Shown here in pieces: positions 7,271 to 17,184 of a stretch of 40,105 nucleotides of DNA. Source of the stretch: a virus (Duplodnaviria > Caudoviricetes); the IMG/VR virus record IMGVR_UViG_3300032216_000836, positions 1 to 40,105 of that record; one strand, given 5' to 3'. The notes under the pieces were generated by a model, which saw only the letters and a program-made list of their open reading frames with translations, was not told where the DNA came from and did no database searches. The position numbers and the translations under genes were made by a program. Every line of letters starts with the position of its first letter. Position 1 is the stretch's first letter.

Positions 7271-7860
7271 TCCAACTTCCTTTTTGCGTCTAGTTTCTCT
7301 TTCCTAGCTAACTGTTGCTTGTTGGCAATGTGTCCAATCATGTCATTGACTCGGCTATACAAATTTTTCATTTCCTGTGGGACATGGTAGACCATGTATT
7401 CCCTCATCTCCTCATTTAACTTTTCCATCTGTAAGTCAGCGATCACTAACTTAATTGCAATGTCCTGACCCTCTTCATCTCCTACCGTTAAAGCACTAGC
7501 TTCTTGTTCCATCTTGTAAGCTTGCAAACCATTGTAAGCATGAAAGAACTTAGTCAATGCGTCCGCAACTTGTGCATAAATCTGGTTCTCATCAAATTCA
7601 GGGGTCTTTTGTTTTACCTTCTTAACGGGCTTTTCAACAGTTTTTTGTTGAATTTCTTCTTTGGCACCACCAAAAAGACCCGTCAAAAACCCCCAAACGC
7701 CTTTGGCATCCTTTTGGATACCTTTGACATCTTTGACTACTCCATCAAGCTCCTTCTTTGCATCGACAACAAACTGTCGCCCCTCCTTATACATTTCACA
7801 AGATTCTTTAACAAGTTTGAAGGCACTTGAAGCCAATGCGACAAGGGTAAACGGATCAAT
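7147..7860 (-). CDS. Coiled-coil protein with C-terminal TM anchor, probable ATT start
   Basis: Frame opens after TAA at 7869-7867; IDPFTLVALASSAFKLVK N-terminus; SD AAGGT 8 nt before ATT 7860. Confidence 0.7.
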   Translation of the reverse strand: MDPFTLVALASSAFKLVKESCEMYKEGRQFVVDAKKELDGVVKDVKGIQKDAKGVWGFLTGLFGGAKEEIQQKTVEKPVKKVKQKTPEFDENQIYAQVADALTKFFHAYNGLQAYKMEQEASALTVGDEEGQDIAIKLVIADLQMEKLNEEMREYMVYHVPQEMKNLYSRVNDMIGHIANKQQLARKEKLDAKRKLEWQRRQVIDRLRNRVMVAIATSLVILWAWLMILTMIPSTSS

Positions 7861-7862
7861 TT

Positions 7863-8090
7863 CTATTTACCTTTGAAATAATCAGTAAGGAACGACAAAG
7901 CCGTTAAAACGCCCACAATCCAAATAATAGGTTTGGCAACATATGCTATCCAACCCAACACTTTAAACGCTCCCTGAACCGCATTAAAGCCTTCTACAAG
8001 GGATTTGGTGTTGTTGTCGATCTGATCGACCTTGGTCTCTACCGCACAAAGGCGAGCATAGATTTGTTCGTGGGTGATTTTCTCATCCAT
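7863..8090 (-). CDS. Small membrane protein (holin-like)
   Basis: Coiled-coil N-terminus and C-terminal hydrophobic helix; SD GAGG. Confidence 0.65.
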   Translation of the reverse strand: MDEKITHEQIYARLCAVETKVDQIDNNTKSLVEGFNAVQGAFKVLGWIAYVAKPIIWIVGVLTALSFLTDYFKGK

Positions 8091-8092
8091 GA

Positions 8093-9556
8093 TTACCTCA
8101 TATAAGCAGAAGGAGGCGCAACACCTCGACCAAAACCAACTTTTCTACCTTGTTCAGCAGAACGCAAAGTTTGCAATTCCTCTGGATTGATTCCAAATAA
8201 ACCATTGGCAATCATTCCTGGTAATGTTAGGTTACCTATTTGACTGAGGTGTGACGCTGCCATGCCAGTGTCCCCACGTTCATAAGCTTGTTTGGCATTC
8301 TGCCCTTCATACATGGCCACTAAACCACCCAAACCCATTCTGGTAAGGTTACTCAATAACTCTGGTGTTGCGTTTCCAGCTTGACTCGGTGGCGGGACTG
8401 AACGGTCCGATACCTTTTTTTTTGCCTCAGAAAGAAACACTTGAGTAGACTCAGGCAAAGAATTAATATTTTGGTCAACAAAATTTCTATAAATGTCGTA
8501 TCCGTTAGGATTACCAGACTTGCCACGATAAGAAGCTTTACCTTCTATATCAGGTCTTAACATTTCAAATGATGTCATTGCATCTTTTGATCGTATAGAG
8601 TTTGGATTCTTTGCGTCATATCCTAAATAATTAAGAATCTGACTTCTACTTCCTTGTGCTTTTCTGACTTCTTCTTTAGAAATTCTAAAGGGCTTGGCAG
8701 CTCCAGCAACCTTCTCAGATGGTTGATTAATAGTTTTGTTTTCTTGAAGCTTTTCAATTGGGTCTTTGGCTGCTTCAGAAGTCGTAATAAGAGTTTGTGC
8801 TTCTTGTGGAGAAGTAGATGGTGTCACGCCAGCTTGTTGAGCTTTCTTTAATGCTTCTTGTTCTTTAGCAATACGATTGGCTTCGCTTTGCTGAATCATT
8901 TTCAAATCACTAGCCGTGGTTATAGGACCACCAGACTTTTCTTCTAAAGCGGTAAATTGCTTATAAGGCTCAGAGCTAGTAACTTCTGGAGAAAGTTCAC
9001 TTGTTGCTTCTACGGAAGGTTGACCACCAATAGTTCTTTCAGTGATTGACTTTGGTTGTGTGGTGCCACCTTCTAACTTTTTCTTTCTCAATTGAACTTC
9101 TAAGTCATGAAGTTCTTGTGCTCTTTTTTCAGCATTAATTAAATTTTGACGCTTAATCTCATCCAACCCATTAGGTGGATTGTTTGGCGGATTATTAGGT
9201 GGGTTATTGGGTGGATTGTTAGGTGGCGTGTTGTCATCAGGTGGCTTAGGAATTAGAGATCGACCCAACTTATATCCCAAGTAACCAACACCTGCTTTTG
9301 CCAGCCCTTCAAACTCTTTAAAAGGCTCATCAATTTTTACATCTTCTGCTTTGGGTTCTGCTTGTGGGCTTTTTAAACCAGCCTTTTCTCTTTTGATAAA
9401 GTCTTCAATTTCTCTTTCAGAATAATTACCTAGAGATTTAGCGGCCTCACGAAAGCCTTGTTCATCAAACTCATCTTCTTCGGGTGCAGATGGTGGTGGA
9501 GCAGAGTCTTTAGGAACAAAGACATTCTTGATGCGGTCAATTAATGGATCAGCCAT
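8093..9556 (-). CDS. Putative internal virion (ejection) protein
   Basis: 487 aa, helical/low-complexity, downstream of the tail genes as in podoviruses. Confidence 0.6.
   Translation of the reverse strand: MADPLIDRIKNVFVPKDSAPPPSAPEEDEFDEQGFREAAKSLGNYSEREIEDFIKREKAGLKSPQAEPKAEDVKIDEPFKEFEGLAKAGVGYLGYKLGRSLIPKPPDDNTPPNNPPNNPPNNPPNNPPNGLDEIKRQNLINAEKRAQELHDLEVQLRKKKLEGGTTQPKSITERTIGGQPSVEATSELSPEVTSSEPYKQFTALEEKSGGPITTASDLKMIQQSEANRIAKEQEALKKAQQAGVTPSTSPQEAQTLITTSEAAKDPIEKLQENKTINQPSEKVAGAAKPFRISKEEVRKAQGSRSQILNYLGYDAKNPNSIRSKDAMTSFEMLRPDIEGKASYRGKSGNPNGYDIYRNFVDQNINSLPESTQVFLSEAKKKVSDRSVPPPSQAGNATPELLSNLTRMGLGGLVAMYEGQNAKQAYERGDTGMAASHLSQIGNLTLPGMIANGLFGINPEELQTLRSAEQGRKVGFGRGVAPPSAYMR
9170..9226 (-). 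repeat. Coding tandem repeat (PPNN)x4-PPN
   Basis: 12-nt period with synonymous variation inside 8093..9556. Confidence 0.85.
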
Positions 9557-9558
9557 GA

Positions 9559-11187
9559 TTATTTAACCTTCTTCTTTCTAAACTGTTCTGCTAAAGATGA
9601 TAAGTCTTGTTCTTTTCTGCCTTCTTTAACTGGCGGTGCTTTAGCTTCAGGCGTTACTTTGTTGATTTTCTCTTGTGGATTAACGCCACCTAAAGGCTCT
9701 CTAGAAGTTTGCTCTGGAGTTCTTGTCGCAAAACCAGCTTTGTATTCTTCAGTAATTGCATCTTCAGCACGTTTAGCGGCCTTCAGCTTCATTTCTTGAT
9801 ATAAAGGCGTACGCATGAATGCAGACTCTAACTCACCAGGTGTTGGAGTTGTTCCTGGTGGATAGTTCTTTAATGCATTGTTTTTGTAGTCTTGAAATGC
9901 TTGAATAGCATCCGAATTGAATTGACCTTTAATAGATTGATTAACGGCTCTAGAAAACTGATCAGTAACGCCCATAGACTGAATAGGCAATAAAAAAGAT
10001 GGTTGACCAAACTTAGATAATTCAGCGTGTTTTTGCTCAACAGAACGATCAATGTCCATGATCATATCTAAAGCTTGCTTTTGTTCTGGCTTTAAATTTC
10101 TATAAACCTCATTCTTTTCAATTTCTTGTTTAGCTTTGGTATAGTTTTGTTCAAAGTTAAAGTTTTTATTGAAATTGTTTTGTAGGTTTTTTAGCTCATT
10201 ATTGCTAATTGTCTTGCCTTTGCCATCAGTAATTGAACCATTGGCACCCAAATACAATCCACCTAAATCTGGGTTTGCTTGTGACAATTGATTCAATCCA
10301 ATGTTTGCACCTTTACGAACATTTTCATCAACCTTGGTTCCTTTGTTATTTACAAACTGGTCAAGGTCACTCATAGCCTTACTTACAGATTGTGTAAATC
10401 CAGCTTGCATAGAAGATACGCCAGAAATAAAGTTTCTTTGGTCATTGTTCAATCCGCTACCATATAGTGTTTTTAGCAATTGTTCTTTTTGTGCGCTTGC
10501 ATCTTTAATGGCGGGCGCAGCATTAGCGTAAGCGGCATCGGCAACTTGTTGGCTAGCAAAATATTCTCTATACTTTTCCGCATTCTTAGTGGTGTTAGCA
10601 TATTTGACTGTATCGGTGATGCGATCTACATTAGCACCACGCTCACTCATTTGCGCATTAGTTAATTTAGCTCCTGTAACCAAATCAACGCCACCGTATG
10701 GTTTACCAGACTCATCCATGAATTTCAACAATTGATTGCCTTGTATATCAAAAGTTGGAATGGGTTTAATTCTTCCGCCATAAAGCATATACTTTGCTTC
10801 AGGAGAACCAAACAAAGAAGCTTTCATGAAGTCTAAAAATCTAGGCTCATCTCTTTCTTGTTCCAAAGAATCAAGAATTAATTTACGGCCTTCAATCGAA
10901 TTCCAACCGCCAGCCTTCATGATTGGGTCTATAACTTTATTTTCGTACTCAGCGTTTTTAGAAATGACTTGATGCGAATGATCGGCAGCCTCGGCAACAG
11001 GAGTACCTTTGAATTGCGTTGCAATAGTTTTTAATTCGCCTAAGTTTCTTTGATCTACTGCATTGGAATAACGTGTTTCTGCATCGATTGCAAAATTAAC
11101 ATTTTTATTATCAACGCCAGGCGGAGGCGATCCAGCAATACTTTTAATTGTTGGAGGAATAATTGGTTGTTGTGTTTCTTGTTCCAT
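9559..11187 (-). CDS. Putative internal virion (ejection) protein
   Basis: 542 aa from a TAATG overlap; Q/N/K/A-rich helical protein in the ejection-gene position. Confidence 0.6.
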   Translation of the reverse strand: MEQETQQPIIPPTIKSIAGSPPPGVDNKNVNFAIDAETRYSNAVDQRNLGELKTIATQFKGTPVAEAADHSHQVISKNAEYENKVIDPIMKAGGWNSIEGRKLILDSLEQERDEPRFLDFMKASLFGSPEAKYMLYGGRIKPIPTFDIQGNQLLKFMDESGKPYGGVDLVTGAKLTNAQMSERGANVDRITDTVKYANTTKNAEKYREYFASQQVADAAYANAAPAIKDASAQKEQLLKTLYGSGLNNDQRNFISGVSSMQAGFTQSVSKAMSDLDQFVNNKGTKVDENVRKGANIGLNQLSQANPDLGGLYLGANGSITDGKGKTISNNELKNLQNNFNKNFNFEQNYTKAKQEIEKNEVYRNLKPEQKQALDMIMDIDRSVEQKHAELSKFGQPSFLLPIQSMGVTDQFSRAVNQSIKGQFNSDAIQAFQDYKNNALKNYPPGTTPTPGELESAFMRTPLYQEMKLKAAKRAEDAITEEYKAGFATRTPEQTSREPLGGVNPQEKINKVTPEAKAPPVKEGRKEQDLSSLAEQFRKKKVK

Positions 11188-11543
11188 TAAAGTCCCCAAT
11201 CATTTCTAGATTCTGAAAGCCTTTGCACTAAATCAGGGTGTTGATTTGGCAACTGTGGTGGAGCAATTTGTGTGTTTTGATTTTGCGGTGCAATAGGAAA
11301 TGGTGCTACGCCAACACTAGGAGCTTCAATTTTTGCTGGCATTTCCATGTTTTCTTTAGGCGGTGCACTACCTGGTATCAAAGAAGCAATATAAGCACTA
11401 ATTAAAGTTGGCTTCTTGTTGCCTTGCTTGTCATATCTAGCTCTTTCTGATTTCTCAAAAGCAGAATGTGACAACGCTTGAGCCTTGCCCACATCACCAC
11501 CAAATGATTCTAATCCTATGCCAGCAAAAGGATTTGTAGCCAT
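11187..11543 (-). CDS. Hypothetical virion protein
   Basis: 118 aa, Pro-rich, tiles the operon. Confidence 0.6.
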   Translation of the reverse strand: MATNPFAGIGLESFGGDVGKAQALSHSAFEKSERARYDKQGNKKPTLISAYIASLIPGSAPPKENMEMPAKIEAPSVGVAPFPIAPQNQNTQIAPPQLPNQHPDLVQRLSESRNDWGL

Positions 11544-11546
11544 TGT

Positions 11547-12311
11547 TTAAAATCCAAAGTTAAATGAACGAGCTTGACTTGAACCAGAAGAAGTGCTTCC
11601 TTGAGTTCCAGTAAAGTTCCCAACAGTAGATTGTTGAGGTACACCAAAAATAACACTTGCGTATTTTGAATATAAATCTGTTGGAGCATTTGCAAAACCA
11701 ACGGCAGCTTGATTTGCTCCTTGAGCAGTATTTAATCCTTGGAAACCCATTCCACCTAAACCTTGAGCAGCCAAAATTTGTTGTCCAGTAATGTTTGAAA
11801 TAGCATTTGTGCCAGCTGCTTGCAATCTTGCTTGGTTTAATCCCGCAAGACTTTGTTGAGCTAATGCTGACCTTGCAGAACCCAAATTACCAGAACCACC
11901 GTATTGGGCAAATAAAGAATTATTAGCTTCTCTGTTTTGCTCCATGACGGGTTGCAAATAGCCTTGAATTTGGCTATTTATATAATTAGGATTTATGATG
12001 TTTGCTAAAGCACTAGAAGATTGATTTAAAGCATTCATCGAAGGATTAAATAATCCTTGAGCAGTATTTGTGGCTTGGCTAAATCCTTGCAAGGCGCCTT
12101 GATTTAAATATGGTGCAGATGCGCCATATATATTATTTGCTCCTTGAACTGTGTTTTGATAAGCAGGTAAAAACGTATTTGTAAATGCTTTTGTTTGAGC
12201 ATCTAAATACGCTTGTTGATCAGGAGTTAATGTAGGAGTTGTTGTAGCATTTCCACTAGAACTATTGCCACCAATACCTAGTGCGCCAAAAATATCACCA
12301 AATAAACTCAT
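11547..12311 (-). CDS. Putative DNA ejection/pilot protein
   Basis: G/A/Q/N/S-rich, MSLFGDIFGALGIGG N-terminus, almost no charged residues. Confidence 0.65.
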   Translation of the reverse strand: MSLFGDIFGALGIGGNSSSGNATTTPTLTPDQQAYLDAQTKAFTNTFLPAYQNTVQGANNIYGASAPYLNQGALQGFSQATNTAQGLFNPSMNALNQSSSALANIINPNYINSQIQGYLQPVMEQNREANNSLFAQYGGSGNLGSARSALAQQSLAGLNQARLQAAGTNAISNITGQQILAAQGLGGMGFQGLNTAQGANQAAVGFANAPTDLYSKYASVIFGVPQQSTVGNFTGTQGSTSSGSSQARSFNFGF

Positions 12312-12553
12312 GATTGACCTCCGTACCCACTATTAGGGTTGTTGTTTGGCATTCCCATTTGCGGTTGCCCCGATGTCGCTGAATTAGTTGTATTCCCTTT
12401 GCCCATAGGCAAATCAGGCATTTGTTGGCTCTGTTGGATAGGGTATGAATTGGGTGGATTGCTTTGATTACCCGTAGACAAAGTCGGTTGCATAGGCAAC
12501 GTAGGTTGCGTACCCATTGAACTTTGAGTCTGATTTTGAACTGGAGCACCCAT
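12308..12553 (-). CDS. Low-complexity Q/P/S/N-rich protein
   Basis: 81 aa, SD AAGGA, ATGA overlap with the next gene. Confidence 0.6.
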   Translation of the reverse strand: MGAPVQNQTQSSMGTQPTLPMQPTLSTGNQSNPPNSYPIQQSQQMPDLPMGKGNTTNSATSGQPQMGMPNNNPNSGYGGQS

Positions 12554-12589
12554 ATTAATCCTTTTGGCAAATTTTACCGATGTTTATGA

Positions 12590-12862
12590 TTAAATGCTAT
12601 TCCTTTGTAAGTCAACATAATGCCATAAATCTTCGTTTCTATATGTACCCGTTGGCTTATCTGGACACCAAGATTGGGGCGGTCCATTGAGTTCTGTGTA
12701 TTGCTCACCAGCAACAATAAATGTTTCAAATTGTTGGGGTACAACCCAGTTACCATTTGACTCCCGTTTGCCCACCAAAAACCTGACTTGCAATCCTGGT
12801 GCTTCATCAATCAAACTGATGTCTTCAATAACCGTGGCTTGAGGAATAATCGTAGTTCTCAT
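12590..12862 (-). CDS. Hypothetical tail-associated protein
   Basis: ATG 12862 directly after the tail-fibre stop. Confidence 0.6.
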   Translation of the reverse strand: MRTTIIPQATVIEDISLIDEAPGLQVRFLVGKRESNGNWVVPQQFETFIVAGEQYTELNGPPQSWCPDKPTGTYRNEDLWHYVDLQRNSI

Positions 12863-12863
12863 G

Positions 12864-14552
12864 TTATGTCCAAACTGGAATGTAAATGGTTGTTGCGTCA
12901 ATTTGCATGGTTATCCATACATTAGTGGATGCGCCACCAGGCTTTGTTGCTGAGAATGTGGCAGCCGATGTTCCTGTGGATGTACCGCTAACAAACCTAA
13001 GTTGATTAGCACCACCAGTTCCCACCAAAGTTTTAGCTAAGTCAGCATACAAATTGGTTACCAAAGTGCTGTTATTGGTTCCATAGTATCCATCAGCAAA
13101 GATGGCAGTACCGCCAGAAGTATTAATTCCATAGACTCCATAGTCTCCAGAGCTTCCGCCACCATTAACACCACGGGTTCCAGTTCCTGTAACGCCTGTA
13201 GTGCCAGTGCCTTTTACTCCAGTGCCAGAAGCAGTTTGACCAAGAACACCAACGCCAGAACCATTTTGGTAGCCGTAAATAGCGTTTCCAGTACTTCCGC
13301 TATTGTTGTAAGCCCTTAAAGCACCAGAAGTTAAAAATGTATTATTGGTATATCCCTCTACCCCTACATTTTGGCCATAACTTGAGTTAGCAAGAATAGC
13401 AGCACTGTAGCCACCAGTAGCAGAATTTGTGCCATCAAACTGGGCAGTACCACGGCCATAAACACTATTGAGCCACATATTGCCACCGCTTCGAGATATA
13501 TAATATCCAGAAGTTCCATAGGTGCTAGGCGTGCCAGGCGTTGGCGGTGTCGATCCATTCCAGTTGTCTGACCGAATGTCTTGGAAAATAGACGCTGCGG
13601 TAGGAACTCCCCACTGGGTTTGTCCAGCAGGAACGCCATTCAGCGTAGAAGATGTCGAATTGTATTGACCAAAAGTATAGTAAACAACATTACCGACCGT
13701 GACCGATGTGGGTGCAGACAAGCTCCATCCTGACGGGGCGGTTGGTCCCGTGGTGTTGGCGGGAGTCGATGGGGCAGCACTTGATTGAGACTGTTGCAGA
13801 TATGCAGTCAATGCGCTTAGTCCATTGCCACCCGTTGCGCCTGTAGCACCGTTTGAACTGAATTGGACAATTGGGTAAGAAGTATTAGTCCAATCAATAG
13901 TTGAGGTTGCCGTGTTGGAGTTGGCAGTGATCGGCACAAAGATGGCCCACTGGACATATCCTGGCGTACTGTTTGTAGAAGGCGTTGTAGTCCATCCAGA
14001 AGGCGCAGAATAGGATGCGGTAGCCCAAGTGTAGGTCGAGGTCGTGGATGGTCTTGCAGGAGCACTTCCCGATGTCCATTGGTATATAGCAAGAATAGCT
14101 ACATTCTGTGTGCTTGTTGTCGTGACAATATCAATGTCAATGGCCGTGCCAGGGTCTTTGACATAGTAAATGCCTGGTGATGTTGCAGACAGATAAAAGT
14201 CAATTTGCCGACCGCCAGCCACGATGTACCAAAGAAAGTTGGTCGTCCCAAAGCCCGTGGTTTTATACCAAATGTAGTCAGCAGGATTGGTAGATTCTGT
14301 TGAGCTATTGGAATTTCTTATACCGTAGTATGTGGCATTTGTAGGTACATTGCTAAACCCTACCGTTCCATCGTAAGATGTTGCGTACTTAATGGAGATG
14401 TATTTGTAAAGGTTGGATATTCTGCCAGACGGACCTGCAATGATTCCTGTCTGTAAATCTATGGAAACATTAGACCCAAAATTATTCAGCAAATAATTGA
14501 TGGCATCTGATATCTCGGTCAGACTCGGATTGGAAGTCAGTGAAAATGGCAT
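12864..14552 (-). CDS. Tail fibre/spike protein
   Basis: T/S/G-rich, PSGW repeats, C-terminal GVxG beta-helix-like repeats. Confidence 0.75.
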   Translation of the reverse strand: MPFSLTSNPSLTEISDAINYLLNNFGSNVSIDLQTGIIAGPSGRISNLYKYISIKYATSYDGTVGFSNVPTNATYYGIRNSNSSTESTNPADYIWYKTTGFGTTNFLWYIVAGGRQIDFYLSATSPGIYYVKDPGTAIDIDIVTTTSTQNVAILAIYQWTSGSAPARPSTTSTYTWATASYSAPSGWTTTPSTNSTPGYVQWAIFVPITANSNTATSTIDWTNTSYPIVQFSSNGATGATGGNGLSALTAYLQQSQSSAAPSTPANTTGPTAPSGWSLSAPTSVTVGNVVYYTFGQYNSTSSTLNGVPAGQTQWGVPTAASIFQDIRSDNWNGSTPPTPGTPSTYGTSGYYISRSGGNMWLNSVYGRGTAQFDGTNSATGGYSAAILANSSYGQNVGVEGYTNNTFLTSGALRAYNNSGSTGNAIYGYQNGSGVGVLGQTASGTGVKGTGTTGVTGTGTRGVNGGGSSGDYGVYGINTSGGTAIFADGYYGTNNSTLVTNLYADLAKTLVGTGGANQLRFVSGTSTGTSAATFSATKPGGASTNVWITMQIDATTIYIPVWT

Positions 14553-16219
14553 TAGTAAGCATCCTCAGTGACGGTGGCTTGCCAGTTCATGGCAGTCAGA
14601 TTAAAGGTGTTTGTAGCGTCATTAGATTCAACCTTGATCGCTATCGTCCTGAATGTGTTTTGTTGCGTGGTCACCCAAGGATTGTCGGTGACAATGGAGA
14701 CCGTTCCTGTCGCTCCGTAGGTGGCGGATTGGGCAGTAGAGTTAGCACCTCCAACCGTGATGTTGATCGTGCCAGACCCTGATATCTCAGGCATTAATCT
14801 GTGGATATAGACTTTGGAGGAAAAAGGTACTGGACCATCAGTGCTAACCAAAGCAACATTAGTACGCTCAAAAAGTACAGGAATAGTATTTCCACTAAAA
14901 GAATTCCCAATTGAAGTCTCCACCAGTTTCTGATTGGCCACACCGCCTTTTGCGTACACAACTGCCCTAGAAGCCAAATTAAAATAGTCAGTTGATGCAT
15001 CTATCCATCTAGGTCCCTCGCACCCCATACAGGCGTATTGGATGTCTTTAGGTGCATTCCAGACTTGGATATCGTATCTCCATGACAACATCTTGTTGCA
15101 CCATGATGTGCTATTTTTATCTGGGTAATATATTTCTATTTGGTTCTTTTGTGTATTATTGACCATGAACATACGGTCTGCGTAGGGTTGCCCATTTGCG
15201 TCTAAATTGGTGTTTAGATTGGCAAAGAAGTAATCCCTTACACGCTGATTACCCAATGGATTAAAGTTAGAACCATCGAATACCCAGATATCCCTAGCGT
15301 CAATGCCATAAACATTGGCATCCGTATTGGACCAACAGTTATTGTTGAATAGCCCTCTGCCTTGGTTAAACAAACGTATACCAAAAATAGGAGCATAAGA
15401 AGATTGATAAGCAATAGGAGCAAAAACAACAGTATCCCAATAAGAACAGACATAGAAGTTGCCACCTAAAAAGAATCCATCAATGATCGGTCCACGAACA
15501 GGAATCTCCACCTCATTGGCCACATTCGATAATGTAGGAGTCCAGTTGGCAGGAACACCCGTATTGGCAAACTGCTGAGACCAACGCACCGTTGTGGGGT
15601 AATTAATGATCTGCCCAGATGCGTAAGTCTTTGTAAGATTTCCTGCAATCAAGATATTGCCGACATTGGGTGAGCAATAGTTTCTGACAAAGGTAGCAGT
15701 GACCTTGGTTACCGCAGGGGTAGAAGATGCTTCATAATTCCACACATAATTGTCGGGCGCAGCATCATAGAAATAGATTTCTGTTTGCGTTGGCCTAAAG
15801 TACATCGGGGCGTTAATGCCATCGTTGATAAAGAATACATTACCTACCCATGATGTCGTAATGTTAATGTTTTCTGTGTATCCAGTAAGATACACCGATG
15901 GATTGGCTCCCACGCCTGGAGTGATGTTGGATATGCCTGTGGCCGTCACCATGTACCATCTACCAAAGTTAGATGAGTCTCTAGTGGCAATGATGTAAAC
16001 CCAACTGGTTTCTGATCGAAATCCTCCATCCATATAGATGGGCAAGTTGGGTATTGCGGTTGCTATATCTATTTCACCAAAAACCTTTTTAACTCCCCTG
16101 ACATCAGCTTCAATGTTTAACCCTGAGTTATATTCATTCGGACCCAATGCGTTGCTCGGCACATCGGGACAAAATGACATATTTGAAAATGGAGTTTTTA
16201 GAGATGTGTAATCAGACAT
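14552..16219 (-). CDS. Tail nozzle / stabilisation protein (P22 gp10 / T7 gp12-like role)
   Basis: 555 aa, beta-rich, VRWS motif; position in the podovirus tail module. Confidence 0.65.
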   Translation of the reverse strand: MSDYTSLKTPFSNMSFCPDVPSNALGPNEYNSGLNIEADVRGVKKVFGEIDIATAIPNLPIYMDGGFRSETSWVYIIATRDSSNFGRWYMVTATGISNITPGVGANPSVYLTGYTENINITTSWVGNVFFINDGINAPMYFRPTQTEIYFYDAAPDNYVWNYEASSTPAVTKVTATFVRNYCSPNVGNILIAGNLTKTYASGQIINYPTTVRWSQQFANTGVPANWTPTLSNVANEVEIPVRGPIIDGFFLGGNFYVCSYWDTVVFAPIAYQSSYAPIFGIRLFNQGRGLFNNNCWSNTDANVYGIDARDIWVFDGSNFNPLGNQRVRDYFFANLNTNLDANGQPYADRMFMVNNTQKNQIEIYYPDKNSTSWCNKMLSWRYDIQVWNAPKDIQYACMGCEGPRWIDASTDYFNLASRAVVYAKGGVANQKLVETSIGNSFSGNTIPVLFERTNVALVSTDGPVPFSSKVYIHRLMPEISGSGTINITVGGANSTAQSATYGATGTVSIVTDNPWVTTQQNTFRTIAIKVESNDATNTFNLTAMNWQATVTEDAY

Positions 16220-16700
16220 GGCAAGCAAACTTTCCGTGTAATAAGTTTCTAGCTTCTATTGCAATTAACTCAGCCAATTCAAAATCTTTAGCATAATAAC
16301 AATGTGTTTTTTTATTTGCTCTTATGTGTATTTGCCATTGATTATATTTTTTGCTCCAAGAAACATTTTTACACCCAGAAGTATTGCTTTTAGGCTTTCT
16401 TCTGTTGTAAGCATTAGTAATACTGTTGGATTCCCTCAAATTTTCAATTCTGTTGTCTAAAGTATTTCGGTTAATGTGGTCGATGTTTTTAGGTATATAA
16501 CCATGATGCCAAAGAAATATTATTTTATGTAACCTATATTCTTTGTAATCAATCATTACACGATAATAGCCATCAGAAGTTAAGCTTCCAACCTTATCAC
16601 CTACTTTAATCTTCCCACGGGCTTTTTCCGTTTTATGGACAAAAACACCATCCTTGTAATCAAACAAAGTTTTAACATATTCTTGAGTTAAATCGCTCAT
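16212..16700 (-). CDS. HNH homing endonuclease with AP2-like C-terminus
   Basis: YRLHKIIF...IDHINRNTLDNRIENLR...N and NTSGCKNVSW motifs. Confidence 0.9.
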   Translation of the reverse strand: MSDLTQEYVKTLFDYKDGVFVHKTEKARGKIKVGDKVGSLTSDGYYRVMIDYKEYRLHKIIFLWHHGYIPKNIDHINRNTLDNRIENLRESNSITNAYNRRKPKSNTSGCKNVSWSKKYNQWQIHIRANKKTHCYYAKDFELAELIAIEARNLLHGKFACHV

Positions 16701-16746
16701 GGTGTTTAAGGATAGAAGTTGAGCATCAACCAAATTTTACCAAGTT

Positions 16747-17184
16747 CTAGAATAATTCCAACGCTTTTATGACCTCACTAGGCTCAATAAACGCCTCTTT
16801 GACATATTCTTGCTCTTCCCAAGTGATAAATTGGTAAGGAGTCAGCAAATCCCTGCTTTTCAGAAGATTCACATTTTCGGGGTGACCAAAGATCAAAGGG
16901 TCAGAACGGGAGAAAATCACAATCCCACGCTTGCCTTCCTTCCATGCAAAGTGCTGAAAGAACGAATCACAACTGATCCAAGTGCGGCATTCCTTGAGAA
17001 GTAACCTAAGTTCATCAAAACTCAAGTTTTTTCTGAAATCTTCACACAATTGCTTTTCACCAGCTATACCAATTTGGATGACAGGTTCTTTGATTTCTTT
17101 TAAGACTTCTTCCCAGTAAGGGTAATTCTTTGGATTTTCTTTGCTGTTTCTAAGGGATTTGGAATAGGGGCTGATGATGATCAT
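16747..17184 (-). CDS. Glycosyltransferase family 9-like C-terminal domain
   Basis: KNYPYW, ISCDSFFQHFA and IVIFSRSDP motifs; ATGA overlap with the GT2 gene. Confidence 0.75.
   Translation of the reverse strand: MIIISPYSKSLRNSKENPKNYPYWEEVLKEIKEPVIQIGIAGEKQLCEDFRKNLSFDELRLLLKECRTWISCDSFFQHFAWKEGKRGIVIFSRSDPLIFGHPENVNLLKSRDLLTPYQFITWEEQEYVKEAFIEPSEVIKALELF

Noticed and set aside
9170-9226. PPNN repeat as a phase-variable locus
   Set aside because: The unit is in frame and its codons differ between copies, so slippage switching is unlikely; probably a linker.
16212-16746. HNH gene as part of a group I intron
   Set aside because: Both flanking genes look complete, with their own start and stop, and there is no room for a ribozyme core; it appears free-standing.
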